This document shows positions 1-13,112 of a stretch of DNA of 64,000 bases, in pieces. The stretch is from Stegostoma tigrinum. Its lineage: Eukaryota. Within the stretch, counting starts at the first letter, position 1, and every line of letters begins with the position of its first letter. The translations under genes were made by a program, and so were the position numbers. The DNA is taken from NCBI RefSeq assembly GCF_030684315.1, contig NC_081355.1:31451141-31515140 (forward strand), given 5' to 3'. The notes under the pieces are model-generated. The model did no database searches, was not told the DNA's origin, and saw nothing but the letters and a program-made list of their open reading frames with translations.

Positions 1-96
1 TTAGCTTTTAGTCGTCCTGGCAAGTAATGTATGGAGAAACTGGGTGATTAATTCTGTTTACTTGAAGTAATCATGCTAATGAGCAGGCAGCACCAA

Positions 97-319
97 TGTC
101 GTGATTGTAATCAGGTCAGCCAGGTAAATCTCACAGAATATGAGCCCCCTGATTGAGGCTGTTAATCTGGCCCAATAAGGGAGCCCTGGCTGACGCACAC
201 AAACAGGCACCTTAGACATCCTGTTCACTGAGCAGGCTGTGAGGGACATGGAACTGTGTCAAGGACTTTCCACGTATAAGTAAAAGGTGACGGGATACTA
301 GCCTCTGGAGTTATTTCCA
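97..319 (+). mobile_element. Probable solo LTR (Gypsy-like)
   Basis: Begins TG (tgtcgtg, 97), ends CA (318-319), flanked by direct CCAA at 93-96 and 320-323; internal CCAAT and an agtaaa polyA-like motif. Confidence 0.6.
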
Positions 320-2174
320 CCAACATAGCAGCCCGCATGCTGTGTTACGGAGGTAAGGAGTAATATTTATTTACAATGTCTGCGCCTGTTTTTCAAGGAC
401 CATTCGTTTTAGCCCCTAGTGATAGTCAAATTTTAATATGTTGTTTCTTTGTTTAAAAGTTTGCTCAACATAAGCATGATGAGTTGGACAGTCTGCTTTC
501 TTGAAGGGAATTAACAAAATTTCAAAATTTAACCTGAAAAATGTCTATCAGAAGTCATCCTGTTTTGATACTGTTTAGAAATTCTACGTTTTTGTTTTTC
601 AAAAAATTATTTTCCTCAGACGTTGGTGAGGAGAAAAGTCATCTTTGGAAGATTACCAGTATGGCTTTGCTTTTCTCCTTTTCTTCCCAGCACTTTCCAT
701 TTTTGTTACATGATATCCCTATTGGAGAGGCGGGGTGACCTGCCATTTTCCTGTTCAGTGTTGGTACTGCTTTGTATATAAATGTTTATACAGACTGGTA
801 ATTTAAGAATATAAGAATGTAGAAACAATAAATATTCCTTCAGCATATATACTTTTTGGATTTCATTTCATGCCATAGTTGGTCATTGTTTTCACTTTTC
901 TTCCAGACTCACTTGTTTCCCAGGTCTCTCTTGAATGCTGTTTATACTTGCTATTGTAATTAATTGGCAAATTAGGTGTTTGATGGATTATAAGTTTTGT
1001 TCCAATGATTTCCAACTTCACATAGAAGTGTACAGCACAGAAGGAAGATTTACCTGTGCTAACAGTTTGAAAAAATTGCAAATTTGTACCATTCCCTTGT
1101 CATTGTCCCAAGTAGATCTACATATTTTTCCTTTTTTTTTCTTTTGAAGTTCATATTGAATCTACTTTCCACCACACCTTCCAACAGTACATTCCACACC
1201 ACAACTCTCAGACGCTGGCTCATTTCTGTAAATTTGGAACGTAAGCTTTCCTAGCTTTTGTGGGAATTTCACACAGAACTTCCTTCTGAGTTCCTCTAGT
1301 GCCTCATAAAATGTCACCACTGAATTGTCCACAAGCTGTAAATTATATATTGCTCTTTCTTTTCAGAATCAAGAAACATCCCTGAGGTAGGGATGTGAGG
1401 AATGCAGCCAAAGTAATAATTTATAGGCATCCAAATTACAATTACTTCATTCAGTACTTGGCCGTTTTGGTACCTTATCTAGTACCTTCAGAGGAATAGG
1501 CTGATGACTGTAGCTGGACATATAGCAGCACCTTGTGTTTATATATTAGCCTTAACATATCAAGGAAGTGTTGAAATGAAATTTGTCATTGGTCAACATA
1601 ACATAATATTCAGGCAGGTGACCTATTGATTGGTCAGAGATTTTGAGGAGCCTCTTGAAGGGAGTGAGGTGTGGAGTGGCTAAAGATGCCAGTTGAGGAC
1701 CTCATGACATAGGAAGTTTGTTAACTCACAGAACTGTTACATTGCAAAAGGAAGCAGTTGGCCCATCTTCTGTAATGGCTCTCTGACTATCATAACTCAA
1801 AACAAAGCAGTGTTTTTCAGCACACCTTCTAAGAACAGCGTCTCAGTTTTTACTTGGAAACCTTGGTGCCTCTACATTTTAAGGTCAATAACTTTTTAGA
1901 ACCTGATTCTATCCTGCCATATTTTATTACCCACCCACGCCCAGCACTGTTATGACAAGGGTTGCTTTAAGCACAGCTCACCCATTCTCTCCTTTTAGCT
2001 CTTATTATCACTTATTCCAGCTTTCCTCCTATCCTGGCTCACTACCCATAATCTTGTTTACCTACTCCTTTCATATCTCTTCTTCTCTGGAATCCAACTC
2101 GACGGGCACACACAGACATCTTCCCTCCCACCTCAACCTCACCTTCAGCGTAAGGACTACATTTTTCCTAGCAG

Positions 2175-2275
2175 TTCACAGTTCCGATAAAGAATCACCA
2201 GACCCAAAGTGTTGCGTCTGCTTTCTTCCCACAGATGCTGCCAGATCTGTTGAGTTTCCCCAGCAATTTGTTTGT
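2175..2275 (+). mobile_element. Degenerate 3' end of an older PLE-like family (tail-less sense arm)
   Basis: agttccgataaagaatcaccagacccaaagtgttg...cacagatgctgccagatctgttgagtttccccagcaatt matches the right arms at 30350-30445 and 36650-36720. Confidence 0.55.
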
Positions 2276-5200
2276 GAGCATCATGAATTATTTCAAACCT
2301 CAGCTGAACCTGACTTCACCATACTTTAAGTAGTATGGTTGTTGATTCTGTGATTCTTTACTTAAAATGGGCAGTCAACATTTTACAGCAATTTACCCAA
2401 GTTTATTGAGTTTGACAAAAAGAGCAATTTAGTTAATTAGAGAACAACTATGACAGCTGTCGTAGTTCACTGATATCAGAGGATATATAGGCTATCGGCA
2501 TGAAATATGTCAGTCTCGTTAATGTTTCAGAGGTACCATCCTGCTCTCTAGCCAGAGTATTAACAAATTTTTCCTTGGGTCTTCCTCTTTGACTTGTGGT
2601 CTATCCTTCATCTGGAGAAAGCAGTTTCCTGATGAGGACTGCCACTTACAAGGGCTGTCTGAAAAGGACTGCCCTCTGCCTTTGAGCACTTGTTGATAGA
2701 TCCTCTTTTTAGGGGCTGGTAGTTTATGCCATCTCAACAAATTTTCTGAATGCTTCTGGCCATTGACTATGGTGCAGCTACTTATGACATTAGATAACTG
2801 TTGTTTCCTTGCTCACCTCCATTTGAAAGTTAGTTTTAATTCCATCCAACAACAAAAACTTATTTTTCAAAACACTGCATTCCAGATATGACAGAGTGGC
2901 ACCTGATAAATCTTTTATTTATACCAGCAGAAGACTAGTTTCAACAGTAGCACTGTTAAATGTGGTCAAATCCTCCTCAGGAAATGCTACATATGGAATA
3001 CAAAAAGCGCATTGTAATAAGGTCCCCAATTTCCACATGCTCCACACCATAACTATTTGCTGTGTGAAAATGTTTTTTTCTCACTTTGCACTTGCTTATT
3101 TTCCAAATTTCTTTATATCTGTGCACTTTCTCCCTATGTACTCTGCTACGCTATCTAATCTTCTCTTAGCCCTCTCCTTTCCAAAGAAAACAGTCCCACC
3201 TTCTCTGATCTACCTTTACACTGGAAGTTTCTCATGCCTGGAACTATTCTTCTCTATTTCTCAAGCATTTGTCTTTCCTCAAGTATAGTCCACAGCGCTA
3301 TATACAAAATACCCCAGCTAGCTCAGATCTAATAAGTGTCTTATACAAATATAGCATAACTCCTTTGCTGTTGTACTCGACACCCCTATTAAGAAAGCCT
3401 TGAATACTGTATGTTTATTTGTTTGTTTTTCTTTGTTTCAGATGCCCTTTGTTTTATATAGCATCTCCATCTTCTTGCTACCCAAAAAAATCACCTCACG
3501 TTTGTGTTGAACTTCGTCTGCCATCTAAATGCCCACTTCACCAATTTGCCCGTGTCTTTTAGTAGTTTTACACTATCCTTCACACATTTTACAGTGTTCC
3601 CTAGTTTTGTATCCTCTGGAAATTTTGGAAATTGTTCCCTACATGACATGTATGTATATAAGGTATATATACATGTATATAATGTGTGTCAGAAAAAGGA
3701 TCCCAAAATGACCTCCGGAGAACTGGATCTCAATCCTTCCTCCAACCTGAACATTATCTATTCAGCATTACTTTGTTTTCTATCTCTTAGCCGATACTGC
3801 ATCCATGTTGCTAATGTCTTGTTTATTCCATTATCTATAAAGTTTCTCACGTCTTCTATAGAGCACTGTTGCAGGCAAGGCCACAGATGGTAGAGTGAAA
3901 ATTGGGGATGTGTAAGAGGGCATAATTGGATAAGTGCAGTGATCTCATTGGTTGTAGGGCTGGAAGACAGTTGTGGTGAGGCCATGGACAAATCTAAAGA
4001 TAAGGAGGAGAGCTTTACATACCTTTTTAGTTTTGAGGACATAAAGTAGGAGGCCAGTCAGGAAATCGAGATAAAAATTTTAAGGTCTGTTTTAAATTGT
4101 AACTTTTATTTGGAGCAACAATGGTGCAAGTGTTCGGTGCTTACTGGCTCACTTTGGAGGAAAAGTATGGATTGTGTTTTTGGGATGTGGCTCTCGCAGC
4201 ATCCCCAAAATAAAGTCTTAATTCATTGTAAGCTAACTGCAGTTTTTCATTAATACTACTGAAGTGGTAAATTTGTTTTTTCTTTGTGCTTTTTCGATTT
4301 TCGAAACAATTCTCAAAAAATGTAAGGATCTGAGGAGAAAATTAAGCATTTACTTGTAGGGATATCAGTATTTGCCTTTGTACAAGGATCCAATGGTTGG
4401 TCATTGATTTATGACTTGAGTTTTTTTTGTACTGTGGACAACTTAGTGATTTAACATTTAAACTATGGTATACTATGTACATGTATTATGAATCACAATG
4501 GTTTATTTTACATGAGGACAAGATTTGTTTCTCTTTTGAAAAATGCCATGAAACTGGTGTAACCTGAAATACAGGCTGCTGTTGGCTCAGATAGAAACGT
4601 GAAGCACAGTAGGAGTATTGCCCTCATTCAGGTCAGAAAATAATGGCTGAGAGTTAATCAGTCTGTTCTTCCTTCTGTAGTGCTCCCCTTTGATTTATTA
4701 ACCAAGACAACTTTAAAGCAATTTCTACAGTCATCTGTCATTCCCCAAATGGTTACCCGGGCTATCCATAGAAATGCATGAAATTCAGGACCTGCTCTTA
4801 TGAGGTGTAAATTGTGCACATTGTGTTCCAGACGTGAGATTGAAATGTAACATTCATGGAGGCAATTGCTGATTTATGGAAGCAGTTTCTTCCTGCCCCT
4901 TTCCTATTCCAAATTCTACATACATGGGAAGTGCTGTATTTGGGAGCAGAACTTGTGATTTCCAGGTACAGCCACTATTTTGCCACAGTTGAGAAACTCA
5001 ACATTCTTGTAAAAACCCAGGTCCATGTTTCTGCTTTTTCATCTAAGGAAGCCTACCAGTGATTTTTATAGGTCTTGACTTTTTATTTTAACTGTTTTGG
5101 CCTACACCCTGAAGTTATGTTCCTAAAACTAATGTTCTATTCAAAATGTATGACCCATGAATGAGCTACTGTCAACACTCCCAACGTATTTGGGTAATAT

Positions 5201-6844
5201 GGCTATCATGGTTGAGTAGCTGGCAGTGCAGGCAATCAGTGAGTATGGAACATTAAGTGTAAGGATGAGTGAGGTAAGGCAATGAATGAAAGATTTGAGT
5301 TGTTGGTAGATTAGTAACAGTGGCTGTATGGTGAATTTAAAAATGTGAGACTTATTTTTAAGGATACTGTAGTTGAAGACACATTTACTGATCTTGATGA
5401 ATCAATCATGTGAGCTTATTCAATTTTTTTGAGCTCTTCAACTAGGTTTTCTGGTCTGGAGTACTGGTGTTGACTGTGATGAGTATCTGCTCCCAGTACA
5501 TTTTCAGTACCTGTCTTGTGGGTGTGCTGGCCCATTTGAACGGAGAGTCTTTCAATCCACTTAGAATGTTGAGGTTTCTAGTGCTATATATGAGAAACTA
5601 GAAGAAAATGGTCTGCACTCTTTTATCTTATTTTTATTCTTGTAGTTCTGACAGTGTTCTCCAGTCACTTCCAGCACCTGAATCAGCCCGAGTACTCCTA
5701 TTTGGAAGATGTAGGCTGGCTGTAACAAATGTAAGCTTGCACAAAGCAGCATCAGCTTCATTTGAAACTGACCTGAACCTCAAAGCATTAGCCTGAGTCT
5801 TTGGTTTACTAGTCCAGTGACATTACCACAATGCCACTGTCTCCCCATTTTGCTAACGGACCATGGGTAAAAGTGTTGAAAGTGAAGCATATGGTCGGCT
5901 TATGAGAATGCTGAAACATTTAAACTTCGGCCATTTGTACATTTTCTGGGGCGAGAGGACGGTGGCAAAATAGCTAAGATTCAGAACTCCTTGTATTGGA
6001 ATTATTGGCATGAAATCTTGTTCTATTAAATAATGGCTCAGCCTTCAGTTTCTTTTTTGTTGCATTCCTGACTCTTCAGTTTCATTCCTATACATTTAAG
6101 TCTTCATTTTTCTTTTTCTCTTCAGAGTTTATGAAAATATTGCTGTTCACATTGTGTTGAATGCCGTGATATATAAATATACACACGCAATATGCAAACA
6201 GCCGAAATCACTCTGAAAACAATTGCCCATTTTGAGATTTAACTTTTAATTTTTTAAAATAAGCTGCCATAATGGAACTTCCTATGAATCATTTTATTTC
6301 AAATAGTTTTACTCCACGCAGCGATATATCTGGGCAGTAAAACTGGTAGATTCAAGCATTAGAGTTCCAAAGATCATTTGCATGCAAGAAAAAACTGTTT
6401 TAAAGAATGTTTTAGCAACATTCTAATCCAAATGCTTTTTAAATTCAAAGGTAAAAGTGACACCTTGGCATATCGCCAGGGGGTGAACTCACTTAGGCCT
6501 ACTAGTCAATCGTAACTTACTTGACACATTTGATATTGTCGACCAATGAATGTACTCCACTGTCAGGAAAGGTGGAAGATTTGTGTTTGGGAAGGTGGTA
6601 TGCTCAGGGGTTGGGAGCCTCTGTTTGAGGTCAGGAATATCTAAATTCCGCATTTGTACCTGTCACTTTCAATCATTTAAGCTTTGACTAGCATTTCTGG
6701 AATTTGAGTTCTGCATCCCTCTTAATGGAGTATAAAACAATCTTTATCAGAGTTATTGGTTGTGTTAGCACTCTAATTTTAACACTACACACGTACCAGC
6801 CACTTCCATTATCAATTGGTCAAATTTTTTATAACTTTGAACAG

Positions 6845-6899
6845 GACTGGGACGTAAAGAGGAAGAACTCACTACTGAACAGCGCCGTCTTGCTGTTAG
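6845..6899 (+). CDS. MBOAT1: MBOAT1-like exon, 55 nt, (G)LGRKEEELTTEQRRLAV(S)
   Basis: cag| acceptor, |gtaggt donor; resembles MBOAT1 GLGRRAEDLSAEQHRLAI; phase joins next exon. Confidence 0.88.
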
Positions 6900-9142
6900 G
6901 TAGGTTAACGAAACCTGCACTTGATTTTCCTTCCATATATTTAGATGTTAAAAGTTACTTCTAAGTTAATACATCATAATTTTTTCTTAATGATTTACCG
7001 ACTGTAGTCGAGTCATTGATAGAGTATTTTGTAAATGGATTAGTGTTTTCTGAGAGGTTATTTACTTGGATAATGTAAATAATAGTCATGATGGCACACA
7101 TTTTACAAAGGAAATGAAAGAAGATGGATTGTATGTTCTATTGCTATTTCTCAAGCAATAGGTCACAGTATTAAATTCCACCAGGAGACTGTTGGGGAGA
7201 CTGTTGTCATTTACATTTGAGGAGACATGCCTTAAATTACTACCAGTGCTAAAGCATCTTGGCAGCATATGATATAGTCCCATATCTGGCAATCAGTCTG
7301 AAAACAGCAATGCTTGAAGTCGGACATGTTCCTCACAGCCTCTTCGTGAACATTATTTGCATGTGATTGTATTTTCAAATAAAGGGCTGACATGAATGCT
7401 CATCCTGTCCTTGTGAATAGTTGTACTTTTGAATGTCACTGTAGCAATATAACACAGGTTGCTTTCTTTCTTTTAAAACTTCCAGCTTCCTTCCACTTAA
7501 CACAAGGCAGAATATTAGGAAATCTATAGCCTTAAGTGAATATGAACTTTCATGGCTGTCCTTGGGGTGGCATTGATAGTCTGGGCTGAGAGCAAGTGTT
7601 TTCTTGCCTTTGTGTTTGGAAACTGGAGTGAGATTGAGGGAGAGATGAGTGAAAAGAAAATTAAATCAATATCAATTTAAATGTTCTGTATCTTTCCCTT
7701 TTTTCTTCTTTGGTTTTTCCTCTGCCTTGCATTTATTTTAATGGGGACAGAGCACTCGAGTACTGCCATATAAGTTGAGAGAAATTCAGCTCATTGTTTT
7801 TGACCATCCATGTGCATTCTTGGTTCTCCCGTCTATACACACTTTGAGAAACTGTTTCTACCCACCTAAAGTAGATTGGATGATCTTGGGTCTTTTGTTT
7901 GTTGTATTCATCTGTGGGACCCGAGTTTCTCTGTAAATCTTTTCTTGTCCTTTACTGCCTGTCCATAATTGCCCCAGGTTGTGGTGGTGATGAGCTGCCT
8001 TGTTGATTCACTGCAGCCCTTGGAGTAGAGGGACACCTACAGTCCAGTTAAGCAGGGAGTTCCAGGATTTTAAACCAGTAATGTTGAAGAAACAGCGATT
8101 TGTAGTGCCAAGTCAGGATAGTGGCGTGGAAGGGAATTTGCAGGTGATGGTGTTCCCTTGCATCTATTGCCTTTATTCTTCTGGGTGGCAGAAGTCACAG
8201 ATTTGGAAAGGGAGAAGGTTGTGTGAAACATATTGATGTTACATCATAATTTTAAATTGTCTGCTTCATTTTCCTTGCTCACTTTGTTATTTCTGACTTT
8301 CTGGTTTTGTTCTCCCTACGTCTGTGTGACCGGTGTGTCAGAGCTTGCCCTTTGACTTATGCCAATATTAGAATTATGCCTTGGAGGAGGAGCACAGAAT
8401 TCTGCATCTTTGACCTACAGCTTAACTTTTTGTTTTGCAACTATGGAGTAAGAAATAGACCTCGAATGGTGCAGTCAAATTTTGAGCTCACATGTTATAG
8501 CTCAGTTCAATAGAACTGAAAAATTAAATGTTGTATTTGAAGCTAGTTCAGATCTGGGGAGAAATATTGGGGGTGGTGTTGAGCAGAAAGAAAAAGTGAA
8601 GTTACTTGCTTCCTAAACTCCCACCAGTCTTTACAACTCAGTTTGTTCTGTGATATCATGAAATGGCTAAACACGTGGACACAGCAAAGGCCACAAGTCC
8701 CAAAAATATCCTGAGTGTTTCTTAAGATTGTGCTCCTGAATTAGCTGCGCATCTAGCCATATTGAAAATTACCTGATTTGTGTCCTGTTCTTTAAAACAA
8801 AAAGCTGGATAAGTCTCATTGCCCGGTTACTGCCTCAACACCTTACCCTCAATTGCGTTCAATTATCAGCCAAAGTGAGCAGTACTTCATGGCTGTTTGA
8901 TTTGACTTTTGCTCCTCTTCACGTTCCACAAGATCTATCGATGTTGAATTAAACTAAACATTAATCCAAGACTGTTGTTCCAGATGGGTTATATAATACT
9001 TGATGGCTGTCCCTTCTTACTTTGAAGATGGTACAAAATGTGTGCTCAGGATTGAATATGTATATGATATTTTTACTCTTATGTAAATATGATTGTTCAC
9101 TACATTGCACTTATTGTGATGCTTTCTTGTTTATGTTTACAG

Positions 9143-9326
9143 TTCAAGACCTACTCTACTAGAGTATTGCAGCTATCACCTGAATTTTCTTGGTATTTTG
9201 GCTGGACCTGCCAGTAATTACAAGGACTATATTGCTTTTATTGAAGGCAACCACATAGACATGAAACTAATAGAAGAACATTGGAAGCAAAAAGGCTTCA
9301 ACAAATTTCCCGATACTTCCCCATTG
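9143..9326 (+). CDS. MBOAT1: MBOAT1-like exon, 184 nt, SRPTLLEYCSYHLNFLGILAGPASNYKDYIAFIEG...PDTSPL
   Basis: tttacag| acceptor, |gtatgt donor; LEY.SY..NF..I.AGP...KDYIAFIEG motif of MBOAT1/2. Confidence 0.93.
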
Positions 9327-9365
9327 GTATGTATATAATGACAATAACTATATTCATGGTATATT

Positions 9366-9675
9366 GGGGTGGCATGGTGGCTCAGTGGTTATCACTGCAG
9401 CTTCACAGCACCAGGGACTTGGGTTCGATTCCAGCTTCGGGCGACTGTCAGTGCGGAGTTTCCACGTTCTCCCCGTGTCTGCGTGGGTTTCCTCCGGGTG
9501 CTCCGGTTTCCTCCCACAGTCCAAAGATGTGCAGGCTAGGTGGATTGGCCATGCTAAATTGGCCATAGTGTTTAGGGGGATGGGTCTGGGTGGGATATAT
9601 CAAGGGGTGGTGTGGACTTGTTGGCCGAAGGGCCTGTTTCCACACTGTAGGGACTCTAACCTAATTTAATCTAAT
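9366..9675 (+). mobile_element. tRNA-derived V-SINE (HE1-like)
   Basis: A box tggctcagtgg, B box ggttcgattcc, V-domain gtgggtttcctccgggtgctccggtttcctcccacagtccaaaga, CR1-like tail gccgaagggcctgtttcc. Confidence 0.85.
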
Positions 9676-10561
9676 TGCTGGTAAAGAAGCCAAATCATAA
9701 TCAGGTTGCTAAATGGACTTTTGGGAACTAGTATACAATGACTTAGATACTGCATTTTCTCATCTGGGACTAGGGTTTAGATTCAAACCAGATTGATTGG
9801 CTGAAAGACCATTTCGTTTGCAGGCTGTGAAAATCCTATGTGAAGTGAGTTACGGTAATCTTAATTCAGTTCTTAGTTTTCAAAGATCAATAGTTTAAGG
9901 CTACCCCTAAATTTCTGCAACTTCGACAAATCTATGGCTCATTGATGTAGGAAAATTGCCACCGTCACAGTAAGAGAGATTCAAATAAAATTGAGGTGCT
10001 AAATCCATGTGGAACCAAAATGTATTGCAGTACACAATATTAATGTCCCAGATGAACAGACACAGACCCACAAAGGCACACACGTGCATAACACTTTGCT
10101 GAAATACTGACTAAGGGAAAATTAGCATCATAAAGGGAAAATGCATGTTAATGTGTTCGTACTAAATTCTGACTAAGAATGAAATCATCTTTTCCTTTGT
10201 GGGAAGAACGTTAGCTTTTTCACAAATTGCATTGTAAAATATAAGGGAAGTGCAATCCATGGCGGTTTAGTTCATCCTTTTGTAATTTTGCACTTTACTG
10301 CTCCAATGTCTTTCTCCTCCCTATCATGGTAACCCCTTCAGCTCTGTTACCCTCTACCCTCTAAAATTACTCTGTGACTCCAGTTCAAACCTCTTGTGTA
10401 TTTCCCCCCAATTCGCATCTGTGCTTTCACCTGCCTTTGCCTAAATTTGGTAATTGTGTCCCTCAACCTCACCACATCTCTACCTGACTTGCCTTCAAGG
10501 AGAAAGAAAAAATGGTTGTGCTCGTTGGAGTACACTTCTGTCAGTTGTGGTAGGATGGGAC

Positions 10562-10725
10562 ACTGACTCACTTTAGGGAAGGAAACTGCTGTCCTCATCT
10601 GGCCTGGCCTGTATGCAGCTCCAGATGCACAGTAATGTGGTTGTCTCACAACTGCTGTCTGGGCAATGAGAGACAGGCAATAAGTGCTGGCCTAGCCAGT
10701 GGCACACATCCTGTGAATGAATAAA
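10562..10725 (+). mobile_element. 3' half of second shark SINE family
   Basis: tttagggaaggaaactgc...ggcaataagtgctggcctagccag...gtgaatgaataaaa, as at 38120-38286. Confidence 0.7.
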
Positions 10726-11149
10726 AGACTTACAAGTACAACCATCTTCAGCTTCTTCACTGATTGTCATAAGTGAGTCATTATGGTATCTAAGTGGACC
10801 AGAGCATTAGAGGGATTTGGAAAAAGGATACAGTTCAAAATCAAATTATCAAGTCATCAGTGTTTAAGATCATAACATGTCAAAATTTTTCTTTTAGGAT
10901 TTTGGTTGTGCAGTATTGTCCCTGAATTTTCTTCAACACTTTGTGCCACAGTGTTAAAACAATCACACATCAGGAATGGCAGCAAGTAATAAACAGGACA
11001 TATTCAGAATGAGTTGTCATGGCAGAAAATCCCATTATCTAACCCTGTGTGCTGGAGCAATAGCATCTTAATCAGTCAGTATGGTCCCATTAATGGATCA
11101 AATTAATACCTTGAATGCTTTGTCATTTAAAGCTGGAAATGTTGCACGT

Positions 11150-11282
11150 AAGAGCAAAATAATGCAGATGCTGTAAATCTGCTACAAAAATAAAGTGCTG
11201 AAAAAAACATTACAGGTCTGGCAGTATCTGTGGAGAGAGAAACAGTTAATATTTCAAGTCCAGTATGACTGTTCTTCAGAAG
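11150..11282 (-). mobile_element. Older PLE-like 3' end, tail to the left, decayed hammerhead
   Basis: gcagatgctgtaaatctg...caggtctggcagtatctgtggagagagaaacagttaatatttcaagtccagtatgactgttcttcag. Confidence 0.6.
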
Positions 11283-11324
11283 ATAGCTGTGTGTGCCAAA
11301 GTTTAAAAACAAGAATGGTAAAAT

Positions 11325-11612
11325 GTTGTGGTCGGTTGGCTCACTGAGCTGGTTCATTGTTCCGCAGACATTTTTACTCTGGGTAACATCATCACTGCAG
11401 CCTCCGATGAAGTGCTGTTGTGTTTCCCACCTGTTGTTTAAACTGTGGTGTCTATTGAGCTGGATTATCTCACTTTTGGTTTTCCTTCACCGTGGAGTGT
11501 ATATGGGTTCTAGTTTTGTGTTTATTGATGGCTTTCTTAGTGGAGTACTGGGCTTCTAGGAATTCCCATGCTTGTCTCTGCTTTCCTTGTCCCAGGATCC
11601 TGGTATTGACAC
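11325..11612 (-). mobile_element. Relic of a different PLE (Penelope/Poseidon-type): GIY-YIG C-terminus plus 3' UTR
   Basis: Minus frame 11610-11521 reads VNTRILGQGKQRQAWEFLEAQYSTKKAINK; downstream cagtgatgatgttacccagagtaaaaatgtctg is a decayed hammerhead-like motif. Confidence 0.6.
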
Positions 11613-12919
11613 TCGTGTCACCTGAATGCTATTTACTTAAGCTTGGATGCTGTCCAGTCCTTTTTGAATATGGACTTTTGTCATTATCAGAGGAGTCATG
11701 AATGGTGCTGAACATTGCGCAATCGTCAGTGAACTGCTGCAATTATGATGGAGGAACGGTCATTAAAGATAGTTGAACCTGGGGCACTACTCTGAGAAAC
11801 ACCTTAGACTGGGATGATTGAATTCTAACAATCACAGCCGTCTTCCTATGTGCTTGGTATGACTAGCTAGTAGAGAGTTTTTCTCCCTGTTCCCACTGAT
11901 TCCAGTCTTGCAAGGCTACTGTGCTTATTGTGCAGAGACCTTTTGGCTCACCATGTCTGTGCCAGACCTTTGATGGAGCTATCCAATTAGTTCCAATTCT
12001 TTGCTTTTTATCCCTCGTGATATTGTATATTTTTTTCCCTTTTTCCAGATCCCTTCCAAATGCATTTAATCTGCTTTCAATATCCTTTCTGGCAATCCAT
12101 TACACATCATCACAAAGCCTGGTGTGCTTTTTGAAAAATGTTTGCTTTTTATGCTTTACGTCCTCCAAGTGTGAAATTTCGGACCATGCATTACATAAAC
12201 CAGGTGTGGGGTGGATGCCCGCTGCACTGTACCCCCCTAAAACCGTGGTAGCTGCCACCCTCCTATCAGGGCTGTAAGGTTACACACAGGTCAGTATGGA
12301 TTGATAGCTTTGTTCTGAGCTTAGGCAGGGAGGAACCTTTCAGCTTGTAAAGTGAGCCAATTTTTCATTAGTCTTACAAAAACAGCATGCTGCAGATGTT
12401 GGAAATTTGAAATCAAAATAAAATATTCTGCAAGTGTTTAACTTGTCAGACTGTGTGTGCGTGCGTACGGTGTCTATGTGTGTATATATCACAAGTCATC
12501 ACGACCTGAACCCTTATATCAACCTGCGTCAGTACCCTATCGTCTTTCAACTGTTTGGATATAAAATAGAAATTTTGCAACTCAAGTCACGTACAACAGC
12601 ATCAAAAATCTAACAAGTGTGTCACATTCATGGCCTGTCATCAGAATTTGTTTCATTCCTGATTAATTAATGGATTTAAGAAGCATTGTTGTATACTATG
12701 AAATTAATAAATGCGTGGACTGTTCTGAACATGGTTTCTTTCACTTATCTTTAACTACTCAAATTTTTTTTGTTATTGACATAAAACTGCTTAGTCCTTA
12801 TTTCATTGTTATAAATCACTTTTGCCTGTTGTACTACATTCTGGATATTTTGTTACTGATGCAGTACTGACACATATCTAAACATCATGTATTTTGTGGG
12901 GTTTGTTTAATTTTTCTAG

Positions 12920-13112
12920 AGAGCTGTAGCAAACAAAATGGTTATCACCTTTGTATGTCTAGTTTGGTTTATGCTCATCACGAAGAACTTCCCGATCTCC
13001 TACAATGTGGATGACAAGTTTATAAGTGAAGCCTCGTTCTTCAGGAAACTCTGCTATCTCTTTCTCTCAGTCCATGCATCTAGACCCAAGTACTACTTTG
13101 CGTGGACTTTAG
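12920..13112 (+). CDS. MBOAT1: MBOAT1-like exon, 193 nt, RAVANKMVITFVCLVWF...SRPKYYFAWTL
   Basis: tttttctag| acceptor, |gtaaag donor; PKYYFAWTL signature. Confidence 0.95.

Noticed and set aside
1367-1386. Possible 20-nt micro-exon (ttttcag|aatcaagaaacatccctgag|gtaggg)
   Set aside because: No similarity to the expected upstream MBOAT1 peptide; no other support
1-6844. Upstream MBOAT1 exons (PLMI.TQKIT-type peptide)
   Set aside because: Not found by eye; probably 5' of the window
9366-9440. tRNA gene
   Set aside because: The A/B boxes belong to a SINE head that continues into the V-domain and LINE tail; no complete cloverleaf
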